NCBI RefSeq assembly: GCF_002310835.1
Contig: NZ_CP011041.1
Coordinates: 1,440,001 to 1,472,000, forward strand
Source of the DNA: Pseudoalteromonas tetraodonis
GTDB taxonomy: Bacteria > Pseudomonadota > Gammaproteobacteria > Enterobacterales > Alteromonadaceae
Length of the DNA: 32,000 nt
Direction of reading: 5' to 3'
Below are positions 8,844 through 19,238 of this stretch, piece by piece. Position 1 is the stretch's first letter. Every line of letters begins with the position of its first letter. Both the position numbers and the translations under genes were made by a program. The notes under the pieces were generated by a model. That model made no database searches and was not told the DNA's origin. It saw only the letters and a list, made by a program, of their open reading frames with translations.

Positions 8844-9557
8844 ATGACACAGCACTTGTTAAATGAAACATCTATCACAACCGCTTCCGATAAAGTGTTT
8901 GTAGATATGCGCCGCGAAATTGTAGAGGGCAGCATTGCACAAGGCAGTAAAATATCTGAGCCGGAACTAGCAAAGCGTTATGGTGTGAGTCGTGCAACGC
9001 TTAGAGAGGCATTAAACCGTTTAGAAAGTTGTTATTTAGTTGAGCGTAAAGCCAATATAGGTTGCCGTGTTGTGGCATTAACCGCAGAGCGTTTAATTGA
9101 GGTGTATCAAGTGCGCAGTGCTCTTGAGGGACTTGCATGTAGGTTAGCTGCCGACAATATGGAACCAGATGAAGTGCAAGGCTTGAAACAATTACTTAAT
9201 CAGCATTTGCAAACTCAGCGTGTTAAAGAAGGTGAGTCGTACTATCAAGAAGCAGGCGACTTAGATTTTCATTACAGAATAATCAAAGGCAGTAAAAACG
9301 CGCACTTAATTCATTTGTTATGCCACGATCTGTACCAGTTAATAAGAATGTACCGTGTACAAATGGGTATGGTAGGGCCGCGGGTATCGAAAGCATTTGA
9401 CGAACACTTAGCCATTATTAACGCCATTGAAAATCATGATGGTGAGTTGGCCGAAATGCTAATGAAGCGCCATATCAGTGCATCACAGGCAAATATACAA
9501 ACAAAATTTGATAGATATCAATCAGTACAAGCCACTCAAAATGAAATGGCTAACTAG
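8844..9557 (+). CDS. GntR-family (FadR/FCD subfamily) transcriptional regulator, likely regulator of the methylcitrate operon
   Basis: N-terminal wHTH ELAKRYGVSRATLREALNRLE. All-helical FCD-like C-domain. Sits directly upstream of prpB on the same strand. Confidence 0.85.
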   Translation: MTQHLLNETSITTASDKVFVDMRREIVEGSIAQGSKISEPELAKRYGVSRATLREALNRLESCYLVERKANIGCRVVALTAERLIEVYQVRSALEGLACRLAADNMEPDEVQGLKQLLNQHLQTQRVKEGESYYQEAGDLDFHYRIIKGSKNAHLIHLLCHDLYQLIRMYRVQMGMVGPRVSKAFDEHLAIINAIENHDGELAEMLMKRHISASQANIQTKFDRYQSVQATQNEMAN

Positions 9558-9676
9558 ATTCTGTTGATCTTTGCGGATTAAACCCTGAAAGGTCAATAGA
9601 CCCTAATACATATGTCACATTATTAAAAAATACTAAGTTGCCAATGAGCAGCCCCGTTCAAAGTTAGGAGAAGGTA

Positions 9677-10555
9677 ATGTCAGCAGGATTAAAATTTAAA
9701 CAGGCAATTGCAAATAACCACCCGTTACAAGTGGTAGGTACTATTAACGCGTACACCGCGATGATGGCTGAAAAAATGGGCCATCAGGCTATTTATTTAT
9801 CGGGTGCGGGTGTGGCTAATGCCTCATTTGGTATGCCAGATTTAGGGATGACCAGCCTTGATAACGTGCTTGAAGATATTCGCCGTATTACCGGTGCTAG
9901 CGATTTACCTTTGTTAGTGGATGCCGACACAGGTTGGGGTGGGGCGTTTAATATTGCCCGTACCGTTAAAGAAATGACTAAAGCGGGGGCAGCAGGCTTT
10001 CATATTGAAGACCAAGTGGCGCAAAAGCGTTGTGGCCATCGCCCTAATAAAGAAATAGTTACCCAAGCTGAAATGGTAGACCGAATTAAAGCTGCGGTTG
10101 ATGCTAAAACCGATAGCGATTTTTACATTATGGCGCGTACCGATGCGTTTCAAAAAGAAGGCTTAAATGCGGCGATAGACCGTGCAGCAGCTTGTGTTGA
10201 AGCCGGTGCCGATGCGATTTTTGCAGAAGCGGTTCATGATCTTGCTGATTATCAAGCATTTACTAAGGCGATTAATGTGCCTATTTTGGCCAATATTACT
10301 GAGTTTGGCCAAACCCCAATTTACACCAAAGAGCAACTAAGCGATGTGGGCGTAGAAATGGTGCTTTACCCATTAAGTGCATTTAGAGCAATGAACAAAG
10401 CCGCACTCAATGTGTATTCGGCTATTTTGAATGAAGGGTCGCAACAAAGCCAAATTGAAAACATGCAAACGCGTGCAGAGCTTTACGACTTTTTAGATTA
10501 TCACTCGTACGAAAACACGCTCGATAACCTTTTTTCAGCAAAATCTGACAAATAA
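9677..10555 (+). CDS. prpB: 2-methylisocitrate lyase
   Basis: 292 aa. ICL/PEP-mutase family signatures ([40 protein letters not shown]). Good RBS AGGAGAAGG. Context with prpC/acnD/prpF. Confidence 0.95.
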   Translation: MSAGLKFKQAIANNHPLQVVGTINAYTAMMAEKMGHQAIYLSGAGVANASFGMPDLGMTSLDNVLEDIRRITGASDLPLLVDADTGWGGAFNIARTVKEMTKAGAAGFHIEDQVAQKRCGHRPNKEIVTQAEMVDRIKAAVDAKTDSDFYIMARTDAFQKEGLNAAIDRAAACVEAGADAIFAEAVHDLADYQAFTKAINVPILANITEFGQTPIYTKEQLSDVGVEMVLYPLSAFRAMNKAALNVYSAILNEGSQQSQIENMQTRAELYDFLDYHSYENTLDNLFSAKSDK

Positions 10556-10580
10556 TAATAAATTCAACAGGAGACACATC

Positions 10581-11708
10581 ATGGTAGATAAAGCATTAGG
10601 TGGCGCAGGTTTACGTGGCCAAGTAGCAGGACAAACCGCATTATGTACAGTAGGGCAAACAGGTTCTGGTTTAACTTACTGTGGTTACGACATTAGCGAA
10701 CTGGCTGAAAAAGCACAGTTTGAGGAAGTGTCGTTTTTACTTTCTCGCGGTGAGTTACCAACATCAAGCGAACTGGCAGAGTACAAAGCTAAACTTAAAA
10801 GTTTACGCGGTTTACCAGAGGCGCTAAAAACAGTGCTTGAGAATATTCCAAAAGAGGCACATCCAATGGATGTAATGCGCACAGGGTGTTCTATGCTAGG
10901 TAACCTTGAAATGGAAAATGACTTTAGCGAAGCAAACGATGCGATTGATCGCATGGTGGCAATTTTCCCAAGTATTATTTGTTACTGGTATCGTTTTACT
11001 CATGACGGTGTTCGCATCGAAACACAAACTGATGATGATTCAGTAGGTGCACACTTTTTAACGCTATTACACGATAAAGCGCCAAGTGAATTATTTGCAC
11101 AAGTAATGAATGTATCACTAATTTTGTACGCAGAGCATGAGTTTAATGCCTCTACCTTTACCGGTCGCGTGTGTGCATCAACGCTTTCTGATATTCACTC
11201 ATGTGTAACTGGCGCAATTGGTACCTTACGTGGCCCACTGCATGGTGGTGCCAACGAAGCCGCCATGGATATGATTGAAGGCTTTACCAGCGCCGATCAA
11301 GCTGAAGATGCACTGATGGGGATGCTAGAGCGAAAAGATAAAATTATGGGCTTTGGCCACGCAATTTACCGCGAGTCAGATCCACGTAATGTTATTATTA
11401 AAAAATGGTCTGAAAAATTAGCCGCAGAAGTGGGTGATGATGTGCTTTACCCAGTATCAGTTCGCTGTGAAGAAGTTATGTGGCGTGAGAAGAAGTTATT
11501 CTGTAATGCTGACTTTTTCCATGCATCGGCGTATCACTTTATGGGTATTCCTACCAAGTTATTTACGCCTATCTTCGTAATGAGCCGCGTAACTGGTTGG
11601 ACAGCGCATGTAAAAGAGCAACGTGCAAATAACCGTATTATTCGCCCAAGTGCTGATTACACCGGGCCAGATGCGCGTAGCTATACGCCAATTGAATCAA
11701 GAGGCTAA
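10581..11708 (+). CDS. prpC: 2-methylcitrate synthase
   Basis: 375 aa. Citrate-synthase family motifs (GPLHGGANE, GFGHAIYR, SRVTGW). RBS AGGAGA. Prp context. Confidence 0.95.
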   Translation: MVDKALGGAGLRGQVAGQTALCTVGQTGSGLTYCGYDISELAEKAQFEEVSFLLSRGELPTSSELAEYKAKLKSLRGLPEALKTVLENIPKEAHPMDVMRTGCSMLGNLEMENDFSEANDAIDRMVAIFPSIICYWYRFTHDGVRIETQTDDDSVGAHFLTLLHDKAPSELFAQVMNVSLILYAEHEFNASTFTGRVCASTLSDIHSCVTGAIGTLRGPLHGGANEAAMDMIEGFTSADQAEDALMGMLERKDKIMGFGHAIYRESDPRNVIIKKWSEKLAAEVGDDVLYPVSVRCEEVMWREKKLFCNADFFHASAYHFMGIPTKLFTPIFVMSRVTGWTAHVKEQRANNRIIRPSADYTGPDARSYTPIESRG

Positions 11709-11721
11709 TTAGTTAGCGTTT

Positions 11722-11749
11722 AAGGTGAGCCTAGCTCACCTTTTATTGT
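11722..11749 (+). terminator. Hairpin plus T-run between prpC and acnD (partial terminator/attenuator or processing site)
   Basis: AGGTGAGC (11723-11730) / GCTCACCT (11734-11741), 3-nt loop, followed by TTTATTGTTT. Located inside the apparent operon. Confidence 0.5.
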
Positions 11750-11821
11750 TTATAGCGCTGATGATTACTCATTATAGCGCTTTAGCGTACTCTCCTCTGT
11801 CACCAAATTAGCGAATTTATT

Positions 11822-14431
11822 ATGACCATTATTAATAACACCCAATACCGTAAGCCTTTACCAGGCTCAAATGTTGATTACTACGATACCCAAGCCGCCG
11901 TCGATGCCATTAAGCCAGGCGCATACGCTACACTACCTTACAGTTCGCGTGTATTTGCCGAAAACTTAGTGCGTCGCTGTGAGCCCGAAATGCTAACCGA
12001 TGCGATTAGCCAAATAATTGAACGTAAACAAGACTTAGATTTTCCGTGGTATCCGGCACGCGTTGTATGTCATGACATTTTAGGCCAAACCGCACTGGTT
12101 GATTTAGCGGGCCTGCGTGATGCTATTGCTGCAAAAGGCGGCGATCCTGCAAAAGTAAATCCGGTTGTACCGACTCAACTGATTGTGGATCATTCATTAG
12201 CTGTTGAGCACGCAGGTTTTGATCCCGATGCATTTGAAAAAAACCGCGCCATTGAAGATAGACGCAACGATGACCGTTTTCATTTTATAAACTGGACCAA
12301 AACAGCGTTTAAAAATATTGATGTGATCCCACCGGGTAATGGCATCATGCATCAAATTAACCTTGAAAAAATGTCGCCGGTGATTCAAAACCGCGATGGC
12401 ATTGCGTTCCCAGATACCTTAGTAGGTACCGACAGCCATACCCCACATGTTGATGCTTTAGGTGTTATTGCTGTTGGCGTAGGTGGCCTTGAAGCCGAAA
12501 GCGTAATGCTTGGGCGCGCATCATATATTCGTTTACCAGATATAGTGGGCGTAGAGCTTACCGGTAAACGCCAGCCTGGCATAACTGCAACCGATATTGT
12601 ACTGGCGATTACCGAATTTTTACGTGAGCAACGTGTGGTATCGACTTACCTTGAGTTTTACGGTGAAGGGGCTGATGCACTAACCCTGGGTGATAGAGCG
12701 ACCATTTCGAACATGACCCCAGAATTTGGCGCAACCGCTGCTATGTTCTACATTGACGATAAAACTATTGATTACTTGCGCTTAACAGGCCGTGATGAAG
12801 AGCAAATTGCCCTGGTAGAAAACTACGCTAAAACAGCGGGTTTATGGAGTGATAGCTTAAAAACCGCTCAATACGATCGCGTACTCAAGTTTGATTTATC
12901 AAGCGTAGGGCGCAACATTGCAGGGCCTTCAAATCCGCATCGTCGTGTATCTACCAGCGATTTAGCAGCGCAAGGTATTTCGGGTGTTGTTGAAAATGAA
13001 GAAGGCTTAATGCCAGATGGCGCCTGTATTATCGCCGCTATTACCAGCTGTACTAATACCAGTAACCCGCGCAATGTAATTGCTGCAGGTTTATTGGCGC
13101 GAAATGCAAACGCTAAAGGCTTAATGCGTAAACCGTGGGTTAAAACCTCATTGGCGCCGGGTTCAAAAGCGGTGCAGTCGTACCTTGAAGATGCAAACTT
13201 ACTCACTGAACTAGAGCAACTCGGTTTTGGTATTGTGGGTTTTGCCTGTACTACCTGTAACGGCATGAGTGGTGCGTTGGACCCTAAAATTCAACAAGAA
13301 GTGATTGATCGCGACCTATATGCAACGGCTGTGCTTTCGGGTAACCGTAACTTTGATGGCCGAATTCATCCGTATGCTAAGCAAGCGTTTTTAGCGTCAC
13401 CACCTTTAGTAGTTGCTTATGCAATTGCGGGTACCATTCGTTTTGATATAGAAAAAGATATACTCGGTAAAGATCAACAAGGTAACGATGTAACCTTAAA
13501 AGATTTATGGCCATCTGATGAAGAAATAGATGCGGTTATCAAACAAAGCGTAAAACCAGAGCAGTTTAGAAAAGTATACGAGCCAATGTTTAACTTAACC
13601 GTTGATTACGGCGAAGATAACGACCCTCTATACGATTGGCGCCCAGAAAGTACGTATATTCGCCGCCCACCTTATTGGGAAGGAGCTTTGGCAGGTGAGC
13701 GCAGTATGACAGGTATGCGCGCGTTAGCAGTACTTGGCGATAACATTACAACCGATCACTTATCACCTTCTAATGCGATTATGGCCAGCAGCGCAGCAGG
13801 TGAATACTTAACTAAAATGAACGTACCAGAAGAAGACTTTAACTCGTACGCAACGCACCGAGGCGATCACTTAACCGCACAACGAGCTACATTTGCAAAC
13901 CCTAAACTATTGAACGAAATGGTATTAGATGAAAACGGAGAAGTGAAGCAAGGATCGTACGCACGTATAGAGCCAGAGGGTGAAAATACGCGTATGTGGG
14001 AAGCAATCGAAACCTACATGCAGCGTAAACAGCCACTCATTATTGTGGCAGGCGCTGATTACGGCCAAGGCTCTTCGCGCGATTGGGCAGCAAAAGGCGT
14101 TAGGCTTGCTGGTGTTCAGGTTATTGCAGCCGAAGGGTTTGAACGTATTCACCGTACTAATTTAATTGGTATGGGCGTATTGCCGCTTGAATTTAAACCA
14201 GGCACAACGCGTAAAACACTTAACCTAGATGGTAGCGAAAGCTACGACGTGAAGGGCGAACCAACACCAGGCGCAACCCTAGAGCTTGTTATTACGCGTA
14301 AAAATGGCGAGGTATTAAACGTACCGATGAAATGTCGACTAGATACGCAAGAAGAGCTCTCTATTTATGCGGCAGGCGGTGTGTTACAACGCTTTGCGCA
14401 AGACTTTTTAGAAGCCACGCAAGCATCATAA
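11822..14431 (+). CDS. acnD: Fe-S-dependent 2-methylcitrate dehydratase (aconitase family, AcnD type)
   Basis: 869 aa. Aconitase A-like (cluster-binding region IAAITSCTNTSNP, CTTCNG; swivel domain GQGSSRDWAAKG). Located between prpC and prpF, the signature AcnD/PrpF arrangement. Confidence 0.95.
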   Translation: MTIINNTQYRKPLPGSNVDYYDTQAAVDAIKPGAYATLPYSSRVFAENLVRRCEPEMLTDAISQIIERKQDLDFPWYPARVVCHDILGQTALVDLAGLRDAIAAKGGDPAKVNPVVPTQLIVDHSLAVEHAGFDPDAFEKNRAIEDRRNDDRFHFINWTKTAFKNIDVIPPGNGIMHQINLEKMSPVIQNRDGIAFPDTLVGTDSHTPHVDALGVIAVGVGGLEAESVMLGRASYIRLPDIVGVELTGKRQPGITATDIVLAITEFLREQRVVSTYLEFYGEGADALTLGDRATISNMTPEFGATAAMFYIDDKTIDYLRLTGRDEEQIALVENYAKTAGLWSDSLKTAQYDRVLKFDLSSVGRNIAGPSNPHRRVSTSDLAAQGISGVVENEEGLMPDGACIIAAITSCTNTSNPRNVIAAGLLARNANAKGLMRKPWVKTSLAPGSKAVQSYLEDANLLTELEQLGFGIVGFACTTCNGMSGALDPKIQQEVIDRDLYATAVLSGNRNFDGRIHPYAKQAFLASPPLVVAYAIAGTIRFDIEKDILGKDQQGNDVTLKDLWPSDEEIDAVIKQSVKPEQFRKVYEPMFNLTVDYGEDNDPLYDWRPESTYIRRPPYWEGALAGERSMTGMRALAVLGDNITTDHLSPSNAIMASSAAGEYLTKMNVPEEDFNSYATHRGDHLTAQRATFANPKLLNEMVLDENGEVKQGSYARIEPEGENTRMWEAIETYMQRKQPLIIVAGADYGQGSSRDWAAKGVRLAGVQVIAAEGFERIHRTNLIGMGVLPLEFKPGTTRKTLNLDGSESYDVKGEPTPGATLELVITRKNGEVLNVPMKCRLDTQEELSIYAAGGVLQRFAQDFLEATQAS

Positions 14432-14443
14432 GGACACACGTTT

Positions 14444-15619
14444 ATGTTTAAACCACAAATTAAAGTGCCTGCGACCTATATGCGTGGTGGCACGAGTAAA
14501 GGGGTTTTTTTTAATTTAACCGATTTACCCGCACCTGCCCAAGTGGCAGGTGCGGCGCGCGATAGCTTATTATTACGCGTTATTGGTAGCCCAGATGCAT
14601 ACGGTAAACAAACCGACGGCATGGGCGGAGCAACCTCAAGTACCAGTAAAACGGTTATTTTGAGTAAGAGTGAACAGCCCGATCACGATGTTGATTATTT
14701 ATTTGGTCAAGTCGCCATTGATAAAGCGTTTGTTGATTGGAGTGGTAACTGCGGAAACTTAACCTCTGCCGTGGGCGCGTTTGCCATCAGCAATGGTTTA
14801 GTTGATAAATCTCGCGTACCGGATAATGGCATTGCTATTGTGCGCGTATGGCAGGCGAACATTAAAAAAAGTATTTTAGTGCATGTACCCATGACTAACG
14901 CTCAAGTTCAAGAAACCGGTGACTTTGAGTTAGATGGTGTGACGTTTCCTGCCGCTGAAGTAAAGCTTGAATTTATTGACCCTGCTGATGGTGATGGTGC
15001 GCTATTTCCAACAGGCAATGTGGTTGATGATTTAGAAGTACCAGGTGTGGGGACATTAAAAGCAACTATGATCAACGCAGGTATCCCGACTATTTTTGTA
15101 AATGCCCGCGATATTGGTTATACCGGTACTGAGCTACAAGATGATATAAACGCTGATGAAGCCGCACTCACTAAGCTTGAAACCATTCGTGCCTATGGCG
15201 CGGTAAAAATGGGACTAATTAGTACTATTAATGAAGCGCAAATACGCCAACACACACCTAAAGTGGCGTTTGTGGCTGCACCGCTTAATTACAAATCATC
15301 AAGTGGTAAGCAGGTTAATGCAAGCGATATAGATTTGTTAGTACGTGCAATGTCAATGGGTAAGTTACACCATGCGATGATGGGCACAGCCGCTGTCGCT
15401 ATTGGCACAGCAGCCGCAATTGACGGAACATTAGTTAATTTGGCCGCTGGTGGCGGTGCTATTAACGAGGTTAACTTTGGTCACCCATCGGGCACACTTA
15501 AAGTAGGTGCCGAGGCGGTTGTTACAAATGGCCAATGGCAAGTGACTAAAGCGAGTATGAGCCGCAGCGCACGTGTATTAATGGAAGGCTGGGTAAGAGC
15601 GCCATTTGATTATGACTAA
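14444..15619 (+). CDS. prpF: 2-methylaconitate cis-trans isomerase
   Basis: 391 aa. N-terminal YMRGGTSKGVFF typical of the PrpF family. Immediately downstream of acnD. Confidence 0.95.
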   Translation: MFKPQIKVPATYMRGGTSKGVFFNLTDLPAPAQVAGAARDSLLLRVIGSPDAYGKQTDGMGGATSSTSKTVILSKSEQPDHDVDYLFGQVAIDKAFVDWSGNCGNLTSAVGAFAISNGLVDKSRVPDNGIAIVRVWQANIKKSILVHVPMTNAQVQETGDFELDGVTFPAAEVKLEFIDPADGDGALFPTGNVVDDLEVPGVGTLKATMINAGIPTIFVNARDIGYTGTELQDDINADEAALTKLETIRAYGAVKMGLISTINEAQIRQHTPKVAFVAAPLNYKSSSGKQVNASDIDLLVRAMSMGKLHHAMMGTAAVAIGTAAAIDGTLVNLAAGGGAINEVNFGHPSGTLKVGAEAVVTNGQWQVTKASMSRSARVLMEGWVRAPFDYD

Positions 15620-15656
15620 CTAGCATCCAAAATACGTACTATAGTAAAATAATAAG

Positions 15657-15687
15657 CCGCGAACTTAACTTAGTTTGCGGTTTTTTT
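15657..15687 (+). terminator. Rho-independent terminator of the prp operon
   Basis: CCGCGAACT (15657-15665) / AGTTTGCGG (15672-15680), one G-U pair, followed by TTTTTTT. Confidence 0.85.
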
Positions 15688-15839
15688 ATTTAGCAATTCA
15701 GTAGGTTGTAAAATGTACTTTGTTGAGGGGTGCTCAATAAACAGCAACATTTTTTCTGTTATGTCGGCAAATATTCACTTATATTAAAATGAACACTAGC
15801 CCGTGTATTTTTTCAATACAGTTTGTACGGAGTACATTA

Positions 15840-17135
15840 ATGGATTTATCAAGGCTAAATGCAGAAAGGTTAATACAAAACTTACAAACCGGTGTGGTGG
15901 TGCATTCACCAGACACAGGAATTTTGTATGCAAATCCTGCGGCTTTAAATATTTTACGTTTAACAAAAGAGCAAGCGTTAGGGCGCGATTCGTTTGATAG
16001 TAAATGGAAATTACTGGATGAATTTCGTCAACCACTGCAGAATTCTCAGTATCCTGTTAGTGTTGTTATTAAAACCCAAAAACCATTGATGAATCTTGAA
16101 ATAGGTATATGTGATAGCTCAAGCGACGAAATTACATGGGTGCTATGTAACGCTTATCCAGAGTTTGACAAGCAGAACAACATTGCTGAAATAGTCGTCA
16201 CTTTTATCGATATTACTCATCAAAAACAAGCTATTCCATTTAAAGAAATTGTTGAATTAGCCAGCGACGTTATTTTAGTTACCGAGGCAAGCCCTATTAC
16301 TAATGATGGCCCTAAAATTGTTTATGCAAACCAATCATTTACTAAAGTAACGGGTTATCATTTAGATGAAGTTAGAGGTAAAACGCCGCGCATTTTACAA
16401 GGCGCTAAAACTCAACAAGCCACACGCGATAAAATTAGGCATGCGCTAGAAAATAAACAGCAAGTATCTGAGCAAATACTAAATTATAAAAAATCAAGTG
16501 AGCCTTATTGGATTGATATGAATATTTTTCCATTAAAAAATGCGTTAGGTGAGGTGGCTTACTATGCAGCGATTGAGCGCGATATTACAAAAATGAAGCA
16601 GTATCAAGCACAACTAAAAGATTTAACCATTAAAGATCCGCTTACTAATTTGCTCAACCGAAGAGGGTTTATGGAAACAGCTAAACTTGCACTTGATGAG
16701 TGTATTAAAGACAGCCAGCACTTAACCCTTACGATGATAGATATAGATCACTTTAAGCGCATTAACGATCAATTTGGCCACGAAGGCGGAGATAGTGTGT
16801 TGCAAAGCATAGCTGCTACGTTTAAATCATTTTGTGACAGTGATGATATTATAGCGCGTTTAGGAGGAGAAGAGTTTTGCATTGTTTCGCCTACCAAATG
16901 TGTCAGTACCGTTGTTAAAACCTTAGCAAAGTTGCAAGATCATTTAAAAGATAACCCAGTGCAGTTATCAAGTGGCGGGCAGGTGAGTTATACAATAAGC
17001 AGTGGTGTATCAAGTTTGACTTCTGAGTCGTGTTCGCTGCAGGGATTATTAAGAAATGCCGATACAGCACTTTATAATGCAAAAACAACCGGACGGAACC
17101 AAACGGTGGTGTTTAACCAAAGCCTTAGACTATGA
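15840..17135 (+). CDS. PAS-PAS-GGDEF diguanylate cyclase
   Basis: GGEEF active-site motif (RLGGEEFCIV) and DHFKRINDQFGHEGGD. Two PAS-like segments. I prefer ATG 15840 (MDLSRLNAERL; GGAG about 10 nt upstream) over the track start at 15789. Confidence 0.85.
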   Translation: MDLSRLNAERLIQNLQTGVVVHSPDTGILYANPAALNILRLTKEQALGRDSFDSKWKLLDEFRQPLQNSQYPVSVVIKTQKPLMNLEIGICDSSSDEITWVLCNAYPEFDKQNNIAEIVVTFIDITHQKQAIPFKEIVELASDVILVTEASPITNDGPKIVYANQSFTKVTGYHLDEVRGKTPRILQGAKTQQATRDKIRHALENKQQVSEQILNYKKSSEPYWIDMNIFPLKNALGEVAYYAAIERDITKMKQYQAQLKDLTIKDPLTNLLNRRGFMETAKLALDECIKDSQHLTLTMIDIDHFKRINDQFGHEGGDSVLQSIAATFKSFCDSDDIIARLGGEEFCIVSPTKCVSTVVKTLAKLQDHLKDNPVQLSSGGQVSYTISSGVSSLTSESCSLQGLLRNADTALYNAKTTGRNQTVVFNQSLRL

Positions 17136-17182
17136 GTAGATATAACTGAAAACAGGCACGCTCAAATTTAGCTGCCTATGGC

Positions 17183-18082
17183 TTAATCGAGGTTATAACA
17201 CTGCTGTTTTTTATTTTTTATAAAGCGCTCAAATTCATTATTTGCACGCATATTCGCTATTTCTGCGTTGATATCATCTAAGATAAATTGCCAATTTGGC
17301 GTACTTTTACTGATTTCATAATACAGGGCTTTGTATTCTATGCTTGGCGTTAATGCAACTAGCGCGCTAAGCATCCTCTTTTTTTCTCTAGCTGATAATA
17401 GTGATTTATAAATACTGGCTTTTAGCACTTCTAAGTCGGCAACAATAAGCTCAACCCGACCATTTAAAAGCAAATGAATAAGCTGATACTCACTGTTAGC
17501 AACGATGGTTTTTATTTCGCCTTGTTCAATAAGTTCATCTAATTCTTTACTATTTTTATATGAACGTACCACCCCCATAACCCTGTTTTTTACAGACTCA
17601 ATACTGCCATCGTAATTTATGCTGTGATCTTTAAGTGCTACAAATGATAAGTCACCACCAGGAATGGGCTCAGATAACGCCAATAACTGATTACGTGTTT
17701 TGGTTAAAATGTTTTCTGACATTACATCGTCACTAATAAAATACTCAGGAAATAAAATATCAGCTTTACCTAATTCAGCTTCACGAACGGCACGCGCCCA
17801 AGGGTAAAACTCTATATGTACACCATAGCCGCGTTTTACTAACATGCTTACTGTAAGTTGATATAGCCAGCCCTTATTGCATAAGTGATCGTCTATATAA
17901 GGGGGCCAATTAAGTGTAACTAAGCGAAGAACTGTATCGGCTTTTAAATTATAGCCATAGCCGCTTTTGTATTTCTCTCCGAGAAGTGTGATATTTTTAT
18001 TGTCGACCGTATAGGTTACTGGCGCAGGTTGTGCGTAAGTGAAAAATGATAGTACTAAGGCAGCGATTAAAAATATTCTCAT
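17183..18082 (-). CDS. Periplasmic solute-binding-protein-like protein (SBP family 3 fold), orphan
   Basis: Signal peptide MRIFLIAALVLSFFTYA. NWPPY and PWARA...GKADILFPE pattern typical of family-3 SBP-like proteins. No adjacent permease or ATPase. Confidence 0.6.
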   Translation of the reverse strand: MRIFLIAALVLSFFTYAQPAPVTYTVDNKNITLLGEKYKSGYGYNLKADTVLRLVTLNWPPYIDDHLCNKGWLYQLTVSMLVKRGYGVHIEFYPWARAVREAELGKADILFPEYFISDDVMSENILTKTRNQLLALSEPIPGGDLSFVALKDHSINYDGSIESVKNRVMGVVRSYKNSKELDELIEQGEIKTIVANSEYQLIHLLLNGRVELIVADLEVLKASIYKSLLSAREKKRMLSALVALTPSIEYKALYYEISKSTPNWQFILDDINAEIANMRANNEFERFIKNKKQQCYNLD

Positions 18083-18278
18083 AAGGATAATGCATTTTTA
18101 TCTTTAATTTTAAGTTTAGTGCGTTATTTGGAATAAACAACTTAAATAGTGAGGTTCTTCTAGTATACAAACAATTAAATATAGCCTTAAAAAGCGATAG
18201 CTATTAACATGCAAAGGTAAGTAATTTCACTTTAATACGACATAACAACAAAAAGTCTTTTTACTAGAGGGAATTTTT

Positions 18279-19202
18279 ATGGCTAACAAGCCAATAAGTG
18301 AAGACAATCCATTTGCTAATTTATCTGATGTGCAGTGTGAGCAGATCCAAAATTGGTACCAAAAGCATATTTCTTCAACTTTACATTCTTTACTTAAAGG
18401 CAGTAAGTCTGGGCAAGTTATTGAGAGTAAGTTAGAAAGTACTTTAAATAAAGCGCTCTCTCAGAGCAAACAGCTTACTACTTATGCTATTGAGGGTAAT
18501 TCGAGTATTAAATTAAAAAATGCCAGTGTTATGGCTGAGCTTAATGATACCCGTGATTTGTTTTATGGCGCGCAAGTTAAAATAAATAAACTAGAGCAAA
18601 AAATAACAACCAGTGCTCAAGAAATACAATTATTAGAGACAGAAAAAAGCGAATTGCAGCTAGAAGTACGTAGCTTAAAGCAACGTTTAAATCACGTACT
18701 TTCAAGGCTAGAATCGCAAGGTGTCTCATTCCAAAAAAGCCATTATGTAGGACGTATATTAGTTCAGGCTTTGCGAGCAAGTTTTGAAAATTGGCAGCAA
18801 ACTCCACAAGGAGAGCCCTTTAAAAATCATGATTTTTACAAGCTTTTCCCGCGTGTTTTGTACTCAAGCTTATTAAAGGAAATAGAAAAACTGCTAGGGG
18901 AGCACGATTATAATCAAATCGAGCGTTCACTTAGTGATTTTGTGTTTAAGCAAAAGGGCTCGCCTGTAGAAAATTGGCCAGATGAAGACCCGATTTACGA
19001 GACGCGGTTAATTAACCAAAAGCAGTCAGAGCTGTTAATAAAATTACATAGCCAACACCTGCAACGAAAAAACTTTACGTCCTATTTAGAAAAACGCCTT
19101 TCTAGTACTGGCTTTACCCATAAACACAGTAATTTATTGATGACTTTAGTTGAGTTTGCGACGCACGATGAAAATAGCAAATTTTCTAGTTATTGCCATT
19201 AA
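18279..19202 (+). CDS. Hypothetical cytoplasmic protein with a central coiled coil
   Basis: 307-aa ORF with RBS GAGGGAA. Heptad-like segment KINKLEQKITTSAQEIQLLETEKSELQLEVRSLKQRLNHVLSRLE. No motif I recognise. Confidence 0.6.
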   Translation: MANKPISEDNPFANLSDVQCEQIQNWYQKHISSTLHSLLKGSKSGQVIESKLESTLNKALSQSKQLTTYAIEGNSSIKLKNASVMAELNDTRDLFYGAQVKINKLEQKITTSAQEIQLLETEKSELQLEVRSLKQRLNHVLSRLESQGVSFQKSHYVGRILVQALRASFENWQQTPQGEPFKNHDFYKLFPRVLYSSLLKEIEKLLGEHDYNQIERSLSDFVFKQKGSPVENWPDEDPIYETRLINQKQSELLIKLHSQHLQRKNFTSYLEKRLSSTGFTHKHSNLLMTLVEFATHDENSKFSSYCH

Positions 19203-19238
19203 GTTATTAGTAATGTTATTAGTATTAAAGCAGCACCA

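Noticed and set aside
12868-13266. Antisense and overlapping ORFs from the track that lie inside longer genes: 502-732, 4689-4880, 7451-7711, 8315-8530, 9914-10153, 10685-10954, 12197-12388, 12385-12582, 12868-13266, 13925-14152, 13980-14165, 14707-14892, 15796-16035, 15803-15997, 18577-18807, 24091-24390, 26661-26999, 26756-26944, 27468-27725, 30135-30383, 30988-31296
   Set aside because: All lie within, or opposite, longer ORFs that have clear family signatures. Their compositions are typical of shadow frames (Ser/Cys/Leu/Arg-rich, no motifs, no RBS).
15789-15839. Upstream start for the GGDEF protein (MNTSPCIFSIQFVRSTL...)
   Set aside because: There is no obvious RBS and the 17 extra residues are hydrophobic and odd. 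ATG 15840 has GGAG about 10 nt upstream. This is not decisive.
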